Source: Naegleria gruberi
Lineage: Eukaryota
Reading direction: 5' to 3' (one strand)
Assembly (NCBI GenBank): GCA_000004985.1
Contig: GG738899.1
DNA: 64,000 nucleotides
Shown piece by piece: positions 1 through 9,141 of this stretch (the stretch's first letter is position 1; each line of letters begins with the position of its first letter). The notes beneath the pieces are model-generated. The model was given only the letters and a program-made list of their open reading frames with translations. It had not been told where the DNA came from and ran no database searches. The translations under genes were made by a program, and so were the position numbers.

Positions 1-1885
1 ACTCAGAAAGCCAAAAATTGGAAATGCTCCAAGTAATTCTTGGATTAGAATTGACGCACCTAATGGACCTTCTCGCAGATGCGGATGTAGTTCAGTCGTT
101 TTCAGAGATATTTTGTATGTATACGGAGGAAACAATAAGGGAGCCTTTCTCGATGATTTGTATGCCTTTGATTTGAACTTGAAATATTGGACCAAAATTG
201 TCACTTTTGGAACTAGCACTGCACTTTCACATGCTCAATTATTTGCCACTGCCAATAATACACTCACTCTTATTGGTGGTATTTATGTATACCGTAATTG
301 GAATACTACAGTATTGGAGTTTTCTATTGACAGTTCCACTTGGAGTGCTTTAAAATGTGAACAGACCAAGAAATTTAACGACAGAACTGCCCTCTGTAGT
401 GTTTTACAAGATAATCAAAATTTTATCTACACTGGAGGTATTAAGAATTTGGGTTTTACTTCCCTTGCCAAAATTTCACAATCTAACCCAATCATGGCAA
501 AGGAAATGCCAGAAAAGGTTGATTCCGTAAGAAAGATGGTTAAACGATACGTTGGAGGATTAGAATATACCAGAACCTTATTCGACGTATATTATGACAT
601 GATTACCTCCCAAATTGAAAATAATTCTGACCTTATTATTAATTACTATGAAAAGGATGAGAATGGATGCACTGATCACCGTAAAATCTTTGCTCACCAA
701 TACGTTGTAATTTCAAATCCAGTTTTAAGAAGATTATTGGCCATTCAAAATGTTAGAGATCACTTGAATCAACAAGATTATCAATATAGTATGGAGGCTG
801 ATGAGGAAAATGTGCTCTCATTTAAAAATGTATATATAGACATTCAAACATTCAAAGGTTTTGAAGATTTGACTTTTAATGGTATTATGGGTTGCTTACA
901 ATTTGTGTATTCATACTCGTTTGACCCTGAATTAGTAAGAACAGATAAGGAATGCTTAGAGCTCTATCAAGCTGCCAAGAAATTCAAATTAACATTATTG
1001 TGTGAAATGTTGTGTAACTCTATCACTGCCGATTCTCTCCAATTGACCATTGGTGATTTCATTGAACAATCAATGCAAGAATTCTTAAAACCTGCAGCTG
1101 TTGGACCAGAAGAACAATACTTTTTGAATACTGCCAATGAATTTGAAACATTTTCATCAGAACAAACCAAAGACACTCCATATGTTAGAATTATTGCTCC
1201 TGATCTTTATAGCAAGTTGAATTTGGAGAGAGCAAGATACATCAAGTCCATGAATGAAGAATCTTTGGAAGAATCAGCTATTCCAGAGGAAATGCCAGAA
1301 GTGGAATCATTTGATGAGGAATTATTTGAGGAAATTGATAGTGCAAAGGGAGAAGGATTCAATTGGATGACTGATGTTCCAAAATCAGCCGATGATTTAC
1401 CAGAACTTGAATGGAAGTACATTATTGTTCACAAGAGTATTTTAGTATATAGATCCAAGTTCTTCCGTACAATGTTTAACATGGATTTCTCAGAGAGTAA
1501 GACTAATGAAATTAGATTGAATGATACCTCAATGCAATCTATTGAAGCAATTCTATATTGGATGTATTCTGGAAAGTTCCCAACCATCTTGTCAGAAAAT
1601 GCCATTGAACTATTCGTTGCTGCAAGTCAGTATGATTTGCCAGAGGTGAGAGATTGGGCCAGATCTTTTATTGAAAAGTTTATTGATGTTAATAATGTGA
1701 TTACTGTTTTGGATATTGCAGACATGATTGGTGATGTTAGTTTGAAACGTTTCTGTATCTATTTTATTGCCAATAGATTAGATATCATTTGCAGAGATCC
1801 ACTCTTTAATGAAATTCCACATAATACCAGATTTGAAATTAGATCACTCAACAGTAAGATTAATAGAAAAAAGGTTAAAAAGTAA
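1..1885 (+). CDS. LZTR1-like protein, 5' partial (N-terminal Kelch repeats followed by two BTB/POZ-BACK domains)
   Basis: The frame of ORF 113-1885 is open back to base 2, so the gene starts upstream of the window. Kelch-type motifs (RCGCSSVVFRDILYVYGG, LIGGIYVY, IYTGG) are followed by two BTB-like segments (HRKIFAHQYVVISNPVLRRLL; YIIVHKSILVYRSKFFRTMF...IEAILYWMYSGKF). Kelch-BTB-BTB is the LZTR1 architecture. Stop TAA at 1883-1885. Confidence 0.6.
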   Translation, partial: LRKPKIGNAPSNSWIRIDAPNGPSRRCGCSSVVFRDILYVYGGNNKGAFLDDLYAFDLNLKYWTKIVTFGTSTALSHAQLFATANNTLTLIGGIYVYRNWNTTVLEFSIDSSTWSALKCEQTKKFNDRTALCSVLQDNQNFIYTGGIKNLGFTSLAKISQSNPIMAKEMPEKVDSVRKMVKRYVGGLEYTRTLFDVYYDMITSQIENNSDLIINYYEKDENGCTDHRKIFAHQYVVISNPVLRRLLAIQNVRDHLNQQDYQYSMEADEENVLSFKNVYIDIQTFKGFEDLTFNGIMGCLQFVYSYSFDPELVRTDKECLELYQAAKKFKLTLLCEMLCNSITADSLQLTIGDFIEQSMQEFLKPAAVGPEEQYFLNTANEFETFSSEQTKDTPYVRIIAPDLYSKLNLERARYIKSMNEESLEESAIPEEMPEVESFDEELFEEIDSAKGEGFNWMTDVPKSADDLPELEWKYIIVHKSILVYRSKFFRTMFNMDFSESKTNEIRLNDTSMQSIEAILYWMYSGKFPTILSENAIELFVAASQYDLPEVRDWARSFIEKFIDVNNVITVLDIADMIGDVSLKRFCIYFIANRLDIICRDPLFNEIPHNTRFEIRSLNSKINRKKVKK

Positions 1886-2223
1886 ACTGTTAGTTGTGTG
1901 GATTATTTAATTAGTGGATTCCCTTTGTAATCTTTTGTTTAGGACCCATTTCGTAATAGTGAAGAAGAAATGCAATTCAGAAGGATGTAGTAGCACAGTT
2001 AAATCCCCTATTTCAATTCTATCAAACCAAGTAAGCTGTATTTACGAACCAATTGTAAAACTGTAAATGTAATGAATATAGTTAATGGAAAGTTCATTGT
2101 TTTCTAAAAGGTTACGCCCACAATTAATATTTTCATGTAGATCTCTTTGTCAACTGTGTAACCTTTCAAACTGACTTTTATAATCCAGCTCTAAATATGA
2201 TTGGCTATTAAATATCAAAAAAA

Positions 2224-2673
2224 ATGGCAAAAACAATCTTTCCTCTCCTCGATTTACACGAGGACTTCAAGTTCCTATCTGTCAAACAAATACCAACACT
2301 TCTCCTACTAAACAAATCCACTCACGGTCAATTGGTACAATCAGAAAGATTTTGGAAAGGAGCTGCCTTTAACTATGCAAGAGCATTCTCTCTCGAATTA
2401 CCAGTAGAAGATTTATCAACCGCAGATTTGCCTCAATCTTTAAGAGGACTAATTGAGGAAAAACAATCAAAAATCCACATACTCCAACAAGAAATTCATG
2501 CCGCCGAAAGTAAGGCAAGTACCTACAGGGCACAAGCAGCTAAGATTAAAGGACAAACACCAAGTGCAATGAATCTTTTTATAACAAAAACTTATGAATC
2601 TGAGACGAAGGAATTGGAGATGCATTTGAAGGAATTGAAGAAAAATGTTCAAGATTTGACATTGGAAGAGTGA
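2224..2673 (+). CDS. hypothetical coiled-coil protein (149 aa)
   Basis: Complete ORF with an ATG in A-rich context (aaaaaaaATGG). The C-terminal half is charged and helical (EEKQSKIHILQQEIHAAESKAS...ELEMHLKELKKNVQDL). No recognisable family. Confidence 0.4.
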   Translation: MAKTIFPLLDLHEDFKFLSVKQIPTLLLLNKSTHGQLVQSERFWKGAAFNYARAFSLELPVEDLSTADLPQSLRGLIEEKQSKIHILQQEIHAAESKASTYRAQAAKIKGQTPSAMNLFITKTYESETKELEMHLKELKKNVQDLTLEE

Positions 2674-2899
2674 ACTTTTCTCTTGTTGCATATTATTCTA
2701 TAATGAACTGATTTTCCAATTAAGGTATTCTTTTTAAGAGATTTAAACATGCTTGAATGGAAGGACATATTGACTTGGATCCATATTTTGAATATTATTC
2801 TTTACACCATTTGGGTATTACGCTAATACATCATTATTCCTCAATATATATTCTTGTAATTTCTCCAATAAATTGCATTTTCATACAAGTTCATTTAGT

Positions 2900-3961
2900 T
2901 CAACTTGATAACACTTGTAAAACCTTGTCAATACAAACGTCTCTATTCAAGATACTGGCATGATCTCCCTTCACATAAACCAACTCTGTATGAGGTGAAT
3001 CCTTCAAATGAAGAGGGATTGAAGCTGTCTGTTCATCTACAGTGAGAACCAAATCAGAGAAGAGAGATGGTTCATTTTGTTGGAATTCTGTCATCGAAGT
3101 GACAATATTGGTCATTCTAACCTTATTACTTAAAACAGAATCTTGTGCCCACCAAAATGATTTGGCAAATACTTCATCCCATCCATCACTTTCAACATGA
3201 TTCATAAATTGTTCCACAATGGTTGGTTCCTCTGGATAACTTCTCAAAACCTTAGCCATAGGATGAAGAAATTTCAAATCTCTTGCCAATTTTACTCTAC
3301 CACTCAACAGAGGAGAAATTTGAATCAATTTCAGAGCATCCTGTTTCAGTAAATTATCACAAATATTGCCATCATTGATATCTAAATTATTTTGTACATT
3401 ATTGACCAAAAAGTTTCTGACAATCATACTCCCCATCGAATGGGTTACAAAGTGAAAACTTTCATCTTCATTACTAATCTCATCACTTGTTTCTTGTTGC
3501 TGTTGTTCCTTAACATAATTTGAATACCATACAGAAGCACTTCTCGACAAGACATGATCTCTGCTCTGTCGATGCTCATTCAAAAAGTCATACAATCCAC
3601 TCGATGATCTTTCTATTGATTGTCTATAGGAAGGATACCAATAATTTAAAACTCTGAATTTTCCACTCTCAATAAGCTTCTTTTCAATAAAGAAGAATTG
3701 AGAGGCAAAGCCAAAACAACCATGACATAATACAACAGTGGTTCTTTGATTATTTGTAATGTTGGACATTGGATGAGAAATTGTGGTTCCGGAACCTTCT
3801 TCTTGATGATGGAAAGATAATGTTGAGAAGGTTCTTCCTTTGAGGTGATGATGAACATTCATAAAAGACCAATGTCCAATATTATTACTACTATTAAAAT
3901 CAATCAAAATCTTTTCGCTTCTTCTTCCGACAAGTCCTCCCACACTATTTAATCTCTTCAT
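2900..3961 (-). CDS. alpha/beta-hydrolase, putative serine esterase/lipase (DUF676/PGAP1-like)
   Basis: Single 353-aa ORF with ATG at 3959-3961 on the minus strand. It has a VVLCHGCFG oxyanion-region motif and a GxSxG nucleophile elbow (THSMGS). Divergent from the esterase gene at 4196, sharing a 234-bp AT-rich spacer. Confidence 0.6.
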   Translation of the reverse strand: MKRLNSVGGLVGRRSEKILIDFNSSNNIGHWSFMNVHHHLKGRTFSTLSFHHQEEGSGTTISHPMSNITNNQRTTVVLCHGCFGFASQFFFIEKKLIESGKFRVLNYWYPSYRQSIERSSSGLYDFLNEHRQSRDHVLSRSASVWYSNYVKEQQQQETSDEISNEDESFHFVTHSMGSMIVRNFLVNNVQNNLDINDGNICDNLLKQDALKLIQISPLLSGRVKLARDLKFLHPMAKVLRSYPEEPTIVEQFMNHVESDGWDEVFAKSFWWAQDSVLSNKVRMTNIVTSMTEFQQNEPSLFSDLVLTVDEQTASIPLHLKDSPHTELVYVKGDHASILNRDVCIDKVLQVLSS

Positions 3962-4195
3962 ATTTTTTTCTAATTATTATTTAAATTATTATTAATATTA
4001 TTAATAATCTTTAACAGCTTACCAATATAATATTGTTTCCGCATCATCATCATAGATAATGATTATTTTGATTAAAATTAATTCTTCATCATCGGGCGTT
4101 TTTTAAAAAGTTTTGGAAAATTTTTCAAGGCTTTGAAGTTTCTTTCAAATTTTCTTCCGTTTGAATTGCAACGAATTTCTTAGGAGCGTAAAAAA
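3962..4195. promoter_or_regulatory. AT-rich divergent intergenic spacer, putative bidirectional promoter
   Basis: A 234-bp, >80% A+T interval between the divergent start codons at 3961 (minus) and 4196 (plus). Contains oligo(A)/oligo(T) runs. Inferred from position only. Confidence 0.3.
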
Positions 4196-5638
4196 ATGCG
4201 TCAACCACTCGAAAATACCACAAGGCTTTCATTTCATAGTAATATCATTAATAATAACAATAATATTTGCCGGCTAGTAGTGGTGGTGCTGATAGCAATA
4301 ATTGTTGTTGGCTTTTTTGGCTCATCATCTTTGGTAAATGCTATTAATCAACAAGAAGAAGAATATAAAACTCTGGATAATCTTCCATCATTTAGCAAGT
4401 TGAAGAATTTGACAGTGTCGGGATTTGGTGCTGGAGCTTCTATGGCTATCATGATGCAAGTTGCTCACTCACAAAAGGTTGGAGGTGTTGCTTCGTTTTC
4501 AGGCCTTCCATATTATTGTGTGAAGAATAACATGTCTCGTTTGGAAACTTGTTTTAAACATACTGAGAAAATTCCAATGTCTGAATTTATGGAAATGTTC
4601 GACAAGTTTATTTATTTCAATTTGATTGATAATTTGGATCATCTTCCTTCCCACAAGATTTATTTGCAAAGTGGAAGTAAGGATAAGAGTTTGACTCAAC
4701 AAGCAGCTTTGAAATCTAAGGAAATGTATGAAACTTTGGGTGTTCCAAAGGGAAATATCAAGACTGTTCTTGATATTCCATCCGGTCACTCTATGGTCTC
4801 TGTTGATTATGCTAATGCCGAAAAGAATCAATGTGGAGAGAAAATCAAGGAACCATACATTCAAAATTGTGGATTTGATTTAGTAGGAGATGCTCTCAAA
4901 TTTGTCATTGGTGAAGATAATTTTGTTAATGAGGCCAATTTTGTTGCCAGTGCCGAGAATGTAAGTTTTTCATATTTAAACTTGAATTTCATGATAACAC
5001 AATGATAGCTCTTTAAAATTGACCAAAGACCATTCGATTCTGAAAGACACTTGATGGGAGATTTTGGATACATTTACATTCCATCAGCTTGTCAAAAGGA
5101 TGAAACTAAATGCAAACATATTGTAAGTTGAATTGCAAATGATTAATCATTAATTCACTATATTATAGCACGTTGCATTCCATGGTTGTGATCAAACTGG
5201 TGATGAATTCCCTCTCTACTCTGGTTACAATAGAATTGCTGAACAAAATAACATTGTTGTCTTGTATCCAAGAACTGCAGTACAAGATAGATTTAATCCT
5301 CATGCATGGTAAGTTCCATTATTATTATTATTTCTAAATTATAAATTTTAAATTATTTAAATATTCAATCAATTTTTGGAATATTGTAAAATAGTTGGGA
5401 CTTTTTTGGAACTGAAAATGGTGACGATTATCGTGCTGAATTGTATCCATCAAGAATTGGTCCACAAATGCAAACTGTTGCAAGAATGATTGAACAAGTT
5501 GGTCACGATATGGACATGAAGAGATTAATTGAACGTAGTGCTAAGGAAGCTCTTCTTCTTCTTGGAGCTCTTGTTGTCATTGTTGTCTATCAAATGTACA
5601 AGTTGACTATTGGTTCAAAGAAGGAGAAATCTGATTAA
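4196..5638 (+). CDS. secreted/membrane-anchored esterase of the PHB-depolymerase (Esterase_phd) family, 4 exons
   Basis: Exons are 4196-4960, 5009-5122, 5169-5308 and 5395-5638. Introns are GTAAGT..TAG of 48, 46 and 86 nt. Splicing gives a continuous frame with VSGFGAGASMA (GxSxG), YIYIPSAC, HVAFHGCDQTGDEF and NPHACWDFFG motifs typical of the family. N-terminal signal/TM is LVVVVLIAIIVVGFF and a C-terminal hydrophobic tail is present. Joins ORFs 4196-5005 and 5441-5638. Confidence 0.7.
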
Positions 5639-5651
5639 ATTTTAAAAACAC

Positions 5652-6701
5652 TTATTTATTTTCCATCATTCTTTGTTTGAATTTTGACACCTTCTTTGGT
5701 TGTTCATGTGTGGTATTACCTGGAGAGGCCTTAAATATCGATGATTGACTTGGTAAAGCATCTCTTTCGACAATGTTAAATGAAGTGGTATCTTTCATGG
5801 TGGAGGAAGATTGTTTTGGTGGTTGTTGAGACTTCTTTGGTTGTTGTTTTGGCTCAGTACTTGCACCACCAGTAGCTCTATGGAAATATTTGAGAATGTC
5901 TTGTTGGAGTCTCTTTTCTTCTTCACCAAATTCTTCACCTTCATCTTCTTCATCTTCCTCCTCTTCGATATGCTTATTCAAGTTAATATTCACACCACCC
6001 TTCTTCATATCTGTTGCTTCCTCTCTTTCTAATTCTTCCAAAATTTCCAAGATATCCTCTTCATCCTTCCTTGTTGTTTTGTGACGATAGTACAATTCAT
6101 CCCGATCCATTCCCTTTGAATTATATGGCAATTCAATATCCTCCATTTCTGAAAAATCAGGTAATGATCCATTACTATTCATCTCCATTTCTCTAAACAT
6201 TTGTTCAAGCTTGGTAGCTTCGGACATGTCTTGATATTCTTCCTCCTCTCGCTTTGATTTCTTTTGTTCTTCCTTGAGAATATTCGAGTGTTTACTCAGA
6301 CCAATTCCTTCATAAACTGTGTGTAATAATTTTCTCTCTTGTTCCAATTTTTCCATCACCTTTTTAATTCTTCTCTTGAGTATTTCTCTAGCTTGATAAG
6401 CAGAAGTTTTAATAAAGTAATTTTCTCCCAGCGAAACTGTAATTTCATTAGTTTGTACCAATTGTCCAGGCATGAAAGCCAATTGATGTGTTCCGATCGG
6501 TATCATACAACTTTGTTTTAAACTTTGTGGAATGAAGGTGAGAGTTTTATATAATTCCTTGTATTCTTCGAGAGTTTTTTCATAGTCTTGAATAGCTTTT
6601 CGGTGTCTGAGAGCAACTTCAGTGAATTGTCTTTCCAATTCCTTCTTGTTCAAATTATTGTTATTTGACGACGATGTTCCCTTTGATGATGATTGCAACA
6701 T
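5652..6701 (-). CDS. prefoldin alpha-like domain protein (URI1-like) with acidic C-terminal region
   Basis: Single 349-aa ORF with ATG at 6699-6701 on the minus strand. The N-terminal region (CMIPIGTHQLAFMPGQLVQTNEITVSLGENYFIKTSAYQAREILKRR) resembles prefoldin alpha/URI. It is followed by an acidic EEEDEEDEGEEF tract. Confidence 0.45.
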   Translation of the reverse strand: MLQSSSKGTSSSNNNNLNKKELERQFTEVALRHRKAIQDYEKTLEEYKELYKTLTFIPQSLKQSCMIPIGTHQLAFMPGQLVQTNEITVSLGENYFIKTSAYQAREILKRRIKKVMEKLEQERKLLHTVYEGIGLSKHSNILKEEQKKSKREEEEYQDMSEATKLEQMFREMEMNSNGSLPDFSEMEDIELPYNSKGMDRDELYYRHKTTRKDEEDILEILEELEREEATDMKKGGVNINLNKHIEEEEDEEDEGEEFGEEEKRLQQDILKYFHRATGGASTEPKQQPKKSQQPPKQSSSTMKDTTSFNIVERDALPSQSSIFKASPGNTTHEQPKKVSKFKQRMMENK

Positions 6702-6959
6702 TTTTTTTAATTTAATTATTTAATAATATTCCTGATGAAGAATTCTTCTTTAATTAATCAATTAATAACCATCATCACATCGGATTCGATATTTGTATTA
6801 TTGTTCTATATTTTGATGATGAGCAATACGAGGAAGAGACTAATAGTGCTTGCCTCCAAAATATGTAACAGTAATAAATTTAAGGTTTGGCGCCCAATTT
6901 TGAATCATCAAAAAAAATAGGAAAAAACACATCAAAGCCTTATTGCTTTGTTTTAAAAC

Positions 6960-9110
6960 ATGTCTTCGGCTGCGAACAACAATACTAACAACAATAATTT
7001 TCCATATGGGAAGAGAATAACCCACACTTCCTCGACAGTAGGGTCTTCATCTAATGTTGGTTCTGCCTCATCAAATTCTAATAGTACTAGTATGAAGTTG
7101 GGTAATCTCTCACCAATACAACATTATAGGAGCTCAAATTTACATGGCACCTATTCTCACTCTGATATCAGAGGGGAACAAACAAAGAATATGGATGAAG
7201 TCATTTTGCATAATACTCAAACCTTGATGGATTACAATACTCCAAGGGGAGCCAATAACAATGATTTTGAATTGAAGAGTAATACTTCTCCACTTTCTTC
7301 AACATCAGAGAGTAGTGCCATTTTCAATAAGCCCTTGGATCAGTTGGTAAAGTGTTTTTTATGTTTCAACAAACCTTCATCACCTCACTTGTGCCCTTGC
7401 TGTTCCAAAATTGTCTGTTTGGGATGTGCAAAGAAGTGGATCTCGGAAAAGAGTTCTTGTCCAAACTGTAGATCACCCCTTTCAACAAGTCAATTAGTTA
7501 ATTGTAAATTTGTAACAGAGATTTCATCTGAGTTGGAAAAGCTTCAAACTCAAATCAAGAAGGACAAAACTATTGTTCCTTCAAGAGCAAGTTTAGTGAA
7601 TGAACATTGTTCTAGCCACGATCTTCCTCTGATTTATTATTGTGAAACTTGTAAGGAGCCAATCTGTTCTGATTGTGCAATGTTTGAGGAAAAACACAAA
7701 AATCACAAATTTAAAAAGGTCAATGAAGTTTACAAGGAATGTGTTGACATTGTAAAGGTAGAATCTGAAACTGTTAAAACTCGTCTGAAAGATTTGAACT
7801 CTCTCACACTGAGTATCGAAGAAAATATTAAGAGAATTACCAAAGCAAAGGAGGAAACCTTAAAAACAATCAATGAAACTGTCGAAGAAATGCGTACTAA
7901 TTTGGATTCACTCTATAAGAGCAAGCTTTCATCATTGGTCTCCCAAAAGAATATGATTATTGATGAAATTGCCATGTTAGAGAAGCTAACCAAAGAGTTG
8001 GGAAGACAAATTGAGACGAGTCCACAATGTGTTTTGATATCCAAAACTCCAGACATTGTCCGTGTAGTGGATGAAATCAATAAGAAGCCAACAGTTGCCT
8101 TCAATAAGATTGCTGTAACAGAAAGTTTCCCTAATGAAATTGTTCCACCATACGAAGGAGGCCAGTTTCGTATAGAAAACTATTCTGAATTACTTAAAAC
8201 AACCGAAGTTATTTATTCTGATCCAATCACTATTAATGGATTGCAATGGAGGTTGAAGGTTTATCCAAATGGTACAGGAGTTGCCAAGGGAGTTTTTATA
8301 TCTGTCTTTTTAGAAATGTTCAAAGGGTTGACTGAACCTAAAAAGTACCACTACAAGGTTGAAATGGTAAATAAGAGAGATACCTCAAAGAATATTGAAA
8401 GATCATTTGCCTCAATTTTCGAATCTGGAGAATGTTGGGGGTATAATAGATTCTATCGAGTTTCAGAGTTGGCTGGAAATGGGTTTATTGATGTAGATGA
8501 TGATGTTTTGAACTTGAATTTCTTTGTGAGACCAACATCATACTTTGAATTATGTTTAGAGCAAGCAAGATACATTAAAGACCTGGAAGATTTCAAAAAG
8601 ATGAATCCAATTACGAGTGTTACAACTGAGGAGGAAGTTGCAGAAGAGGCAAACAACCTATTGAAGGAGGAAGCATTCAACAATCCAAATCTCTCCCCAA
8701 TTGAAGAAACAGAGACTTATCAATTCCTTGTGGAAAGTGAGGAAACAATCGGCAATCACCAAGTTCAAGAGCAAGAAAATACTTCCTTAAAGATAGAAGA
8801 AGATAATTCTTTCTCGATCAATACCCAAATAACCCCTGAAGCTGATGAATCCATATCTCCAACAGTTTTTATCAATCCAATAGATGAAGATATTGTCACT
8901 ATCGAGCAAGACACAAGCATTATATCTTCTGATGGTAGCCAACTGGTTATTGAACAGGTTGAAGAAAAATCAGACAATAAGGAACCATCAACGGCAGGAT
9001 CTGTCTGGTCCAAGTCCCAACAAGAGCAAGCATTCTCATTGCCATCAGTTGGAAACCATAGTAGTGACACCGTTAATGTTTCAATATCATCAATAGAAAA
9101 CAGTGATTAG
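6960..9110 (+). CDS. TRIM37-like E3 ubiquitin ligase (RING, B-box, coiled coil, MATH/TRAF domain)
   Basis: 716-aa ORF. RING is CFLCFNKPSSPHLCPCCSKIVCLGCAKKW..CPNCR. B-box is CSSHDLPLIYYCETCKEPICSDCAMFEEKHKNHKF. A coiled coil follows, then a MATH-like segment (GQFRIENYSELLK...LQWRLKVYPNG..GVFISVFLEM). The stop is only 31 bp upstream of the next gene's ATG. Confidence 0.65.
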   Translation: MSSAANNNTNNNNFPYGKRITHTSSTVGSSSNVGSASSNSNSTSMKLGNLSPIQHYRSSNLHGTYSHSDIRGEQTKNMDEVILHNTQTLMDYNTPRGANNNDFELKSNTSPLSSTSESSAIFNKPLDQLVKCFLCFNKPSSPHLCPCCSKIVCLGCAKKWISEKSSCPNCRSPLSTSQLVNCKFVTEISSELEKLQTQIKKDKTIVPSRASLVNEHCSSHDLPLIYYCETCKEPICSDCAMFEEKHKNHKFKKVNEVYKECVDIVKVESETVKTRLKDLNSLTLSIEENIKRITKAKEETLKTINETVEEMRTNLDSLYKSKLSSLVSQKNMIIDEIAMLEKLTKELGRQIETSPQCVLISKTPDIVRVVDEINKKPTVAFNKIAVTESFPNEIVPPYEGGQFRIENYSELLKTTEVIYSDPITINGLQWRLKVYPNGTGVAKGVFISVFLEMFKGLTEPKKYHYKVEMVNKRDTSKNIERSFASIFESGECWGYNRFYRVSELAGNGFIDVDDDVLNLNFFVRPTSYFELCLEQARYIKDLEDFKKMNPITSVTTEEEVAEEANNLLKEEAFNNPNLSPIEETETYQFLVESEETIGNHQVQEQENTSLKIEEDNSFSINTQITPEADESISPTVFINPIDEDIVTIEQDTSIISSDGSQLVIEQVEEKSDNKEPSTAGSVWSKSQQEQAFSLPSVGNHSSDTVNVSISSIENSD

Positions 9111-9141
9111 CTCAAACAATTCAATCTCCGAACAGTAAAAA

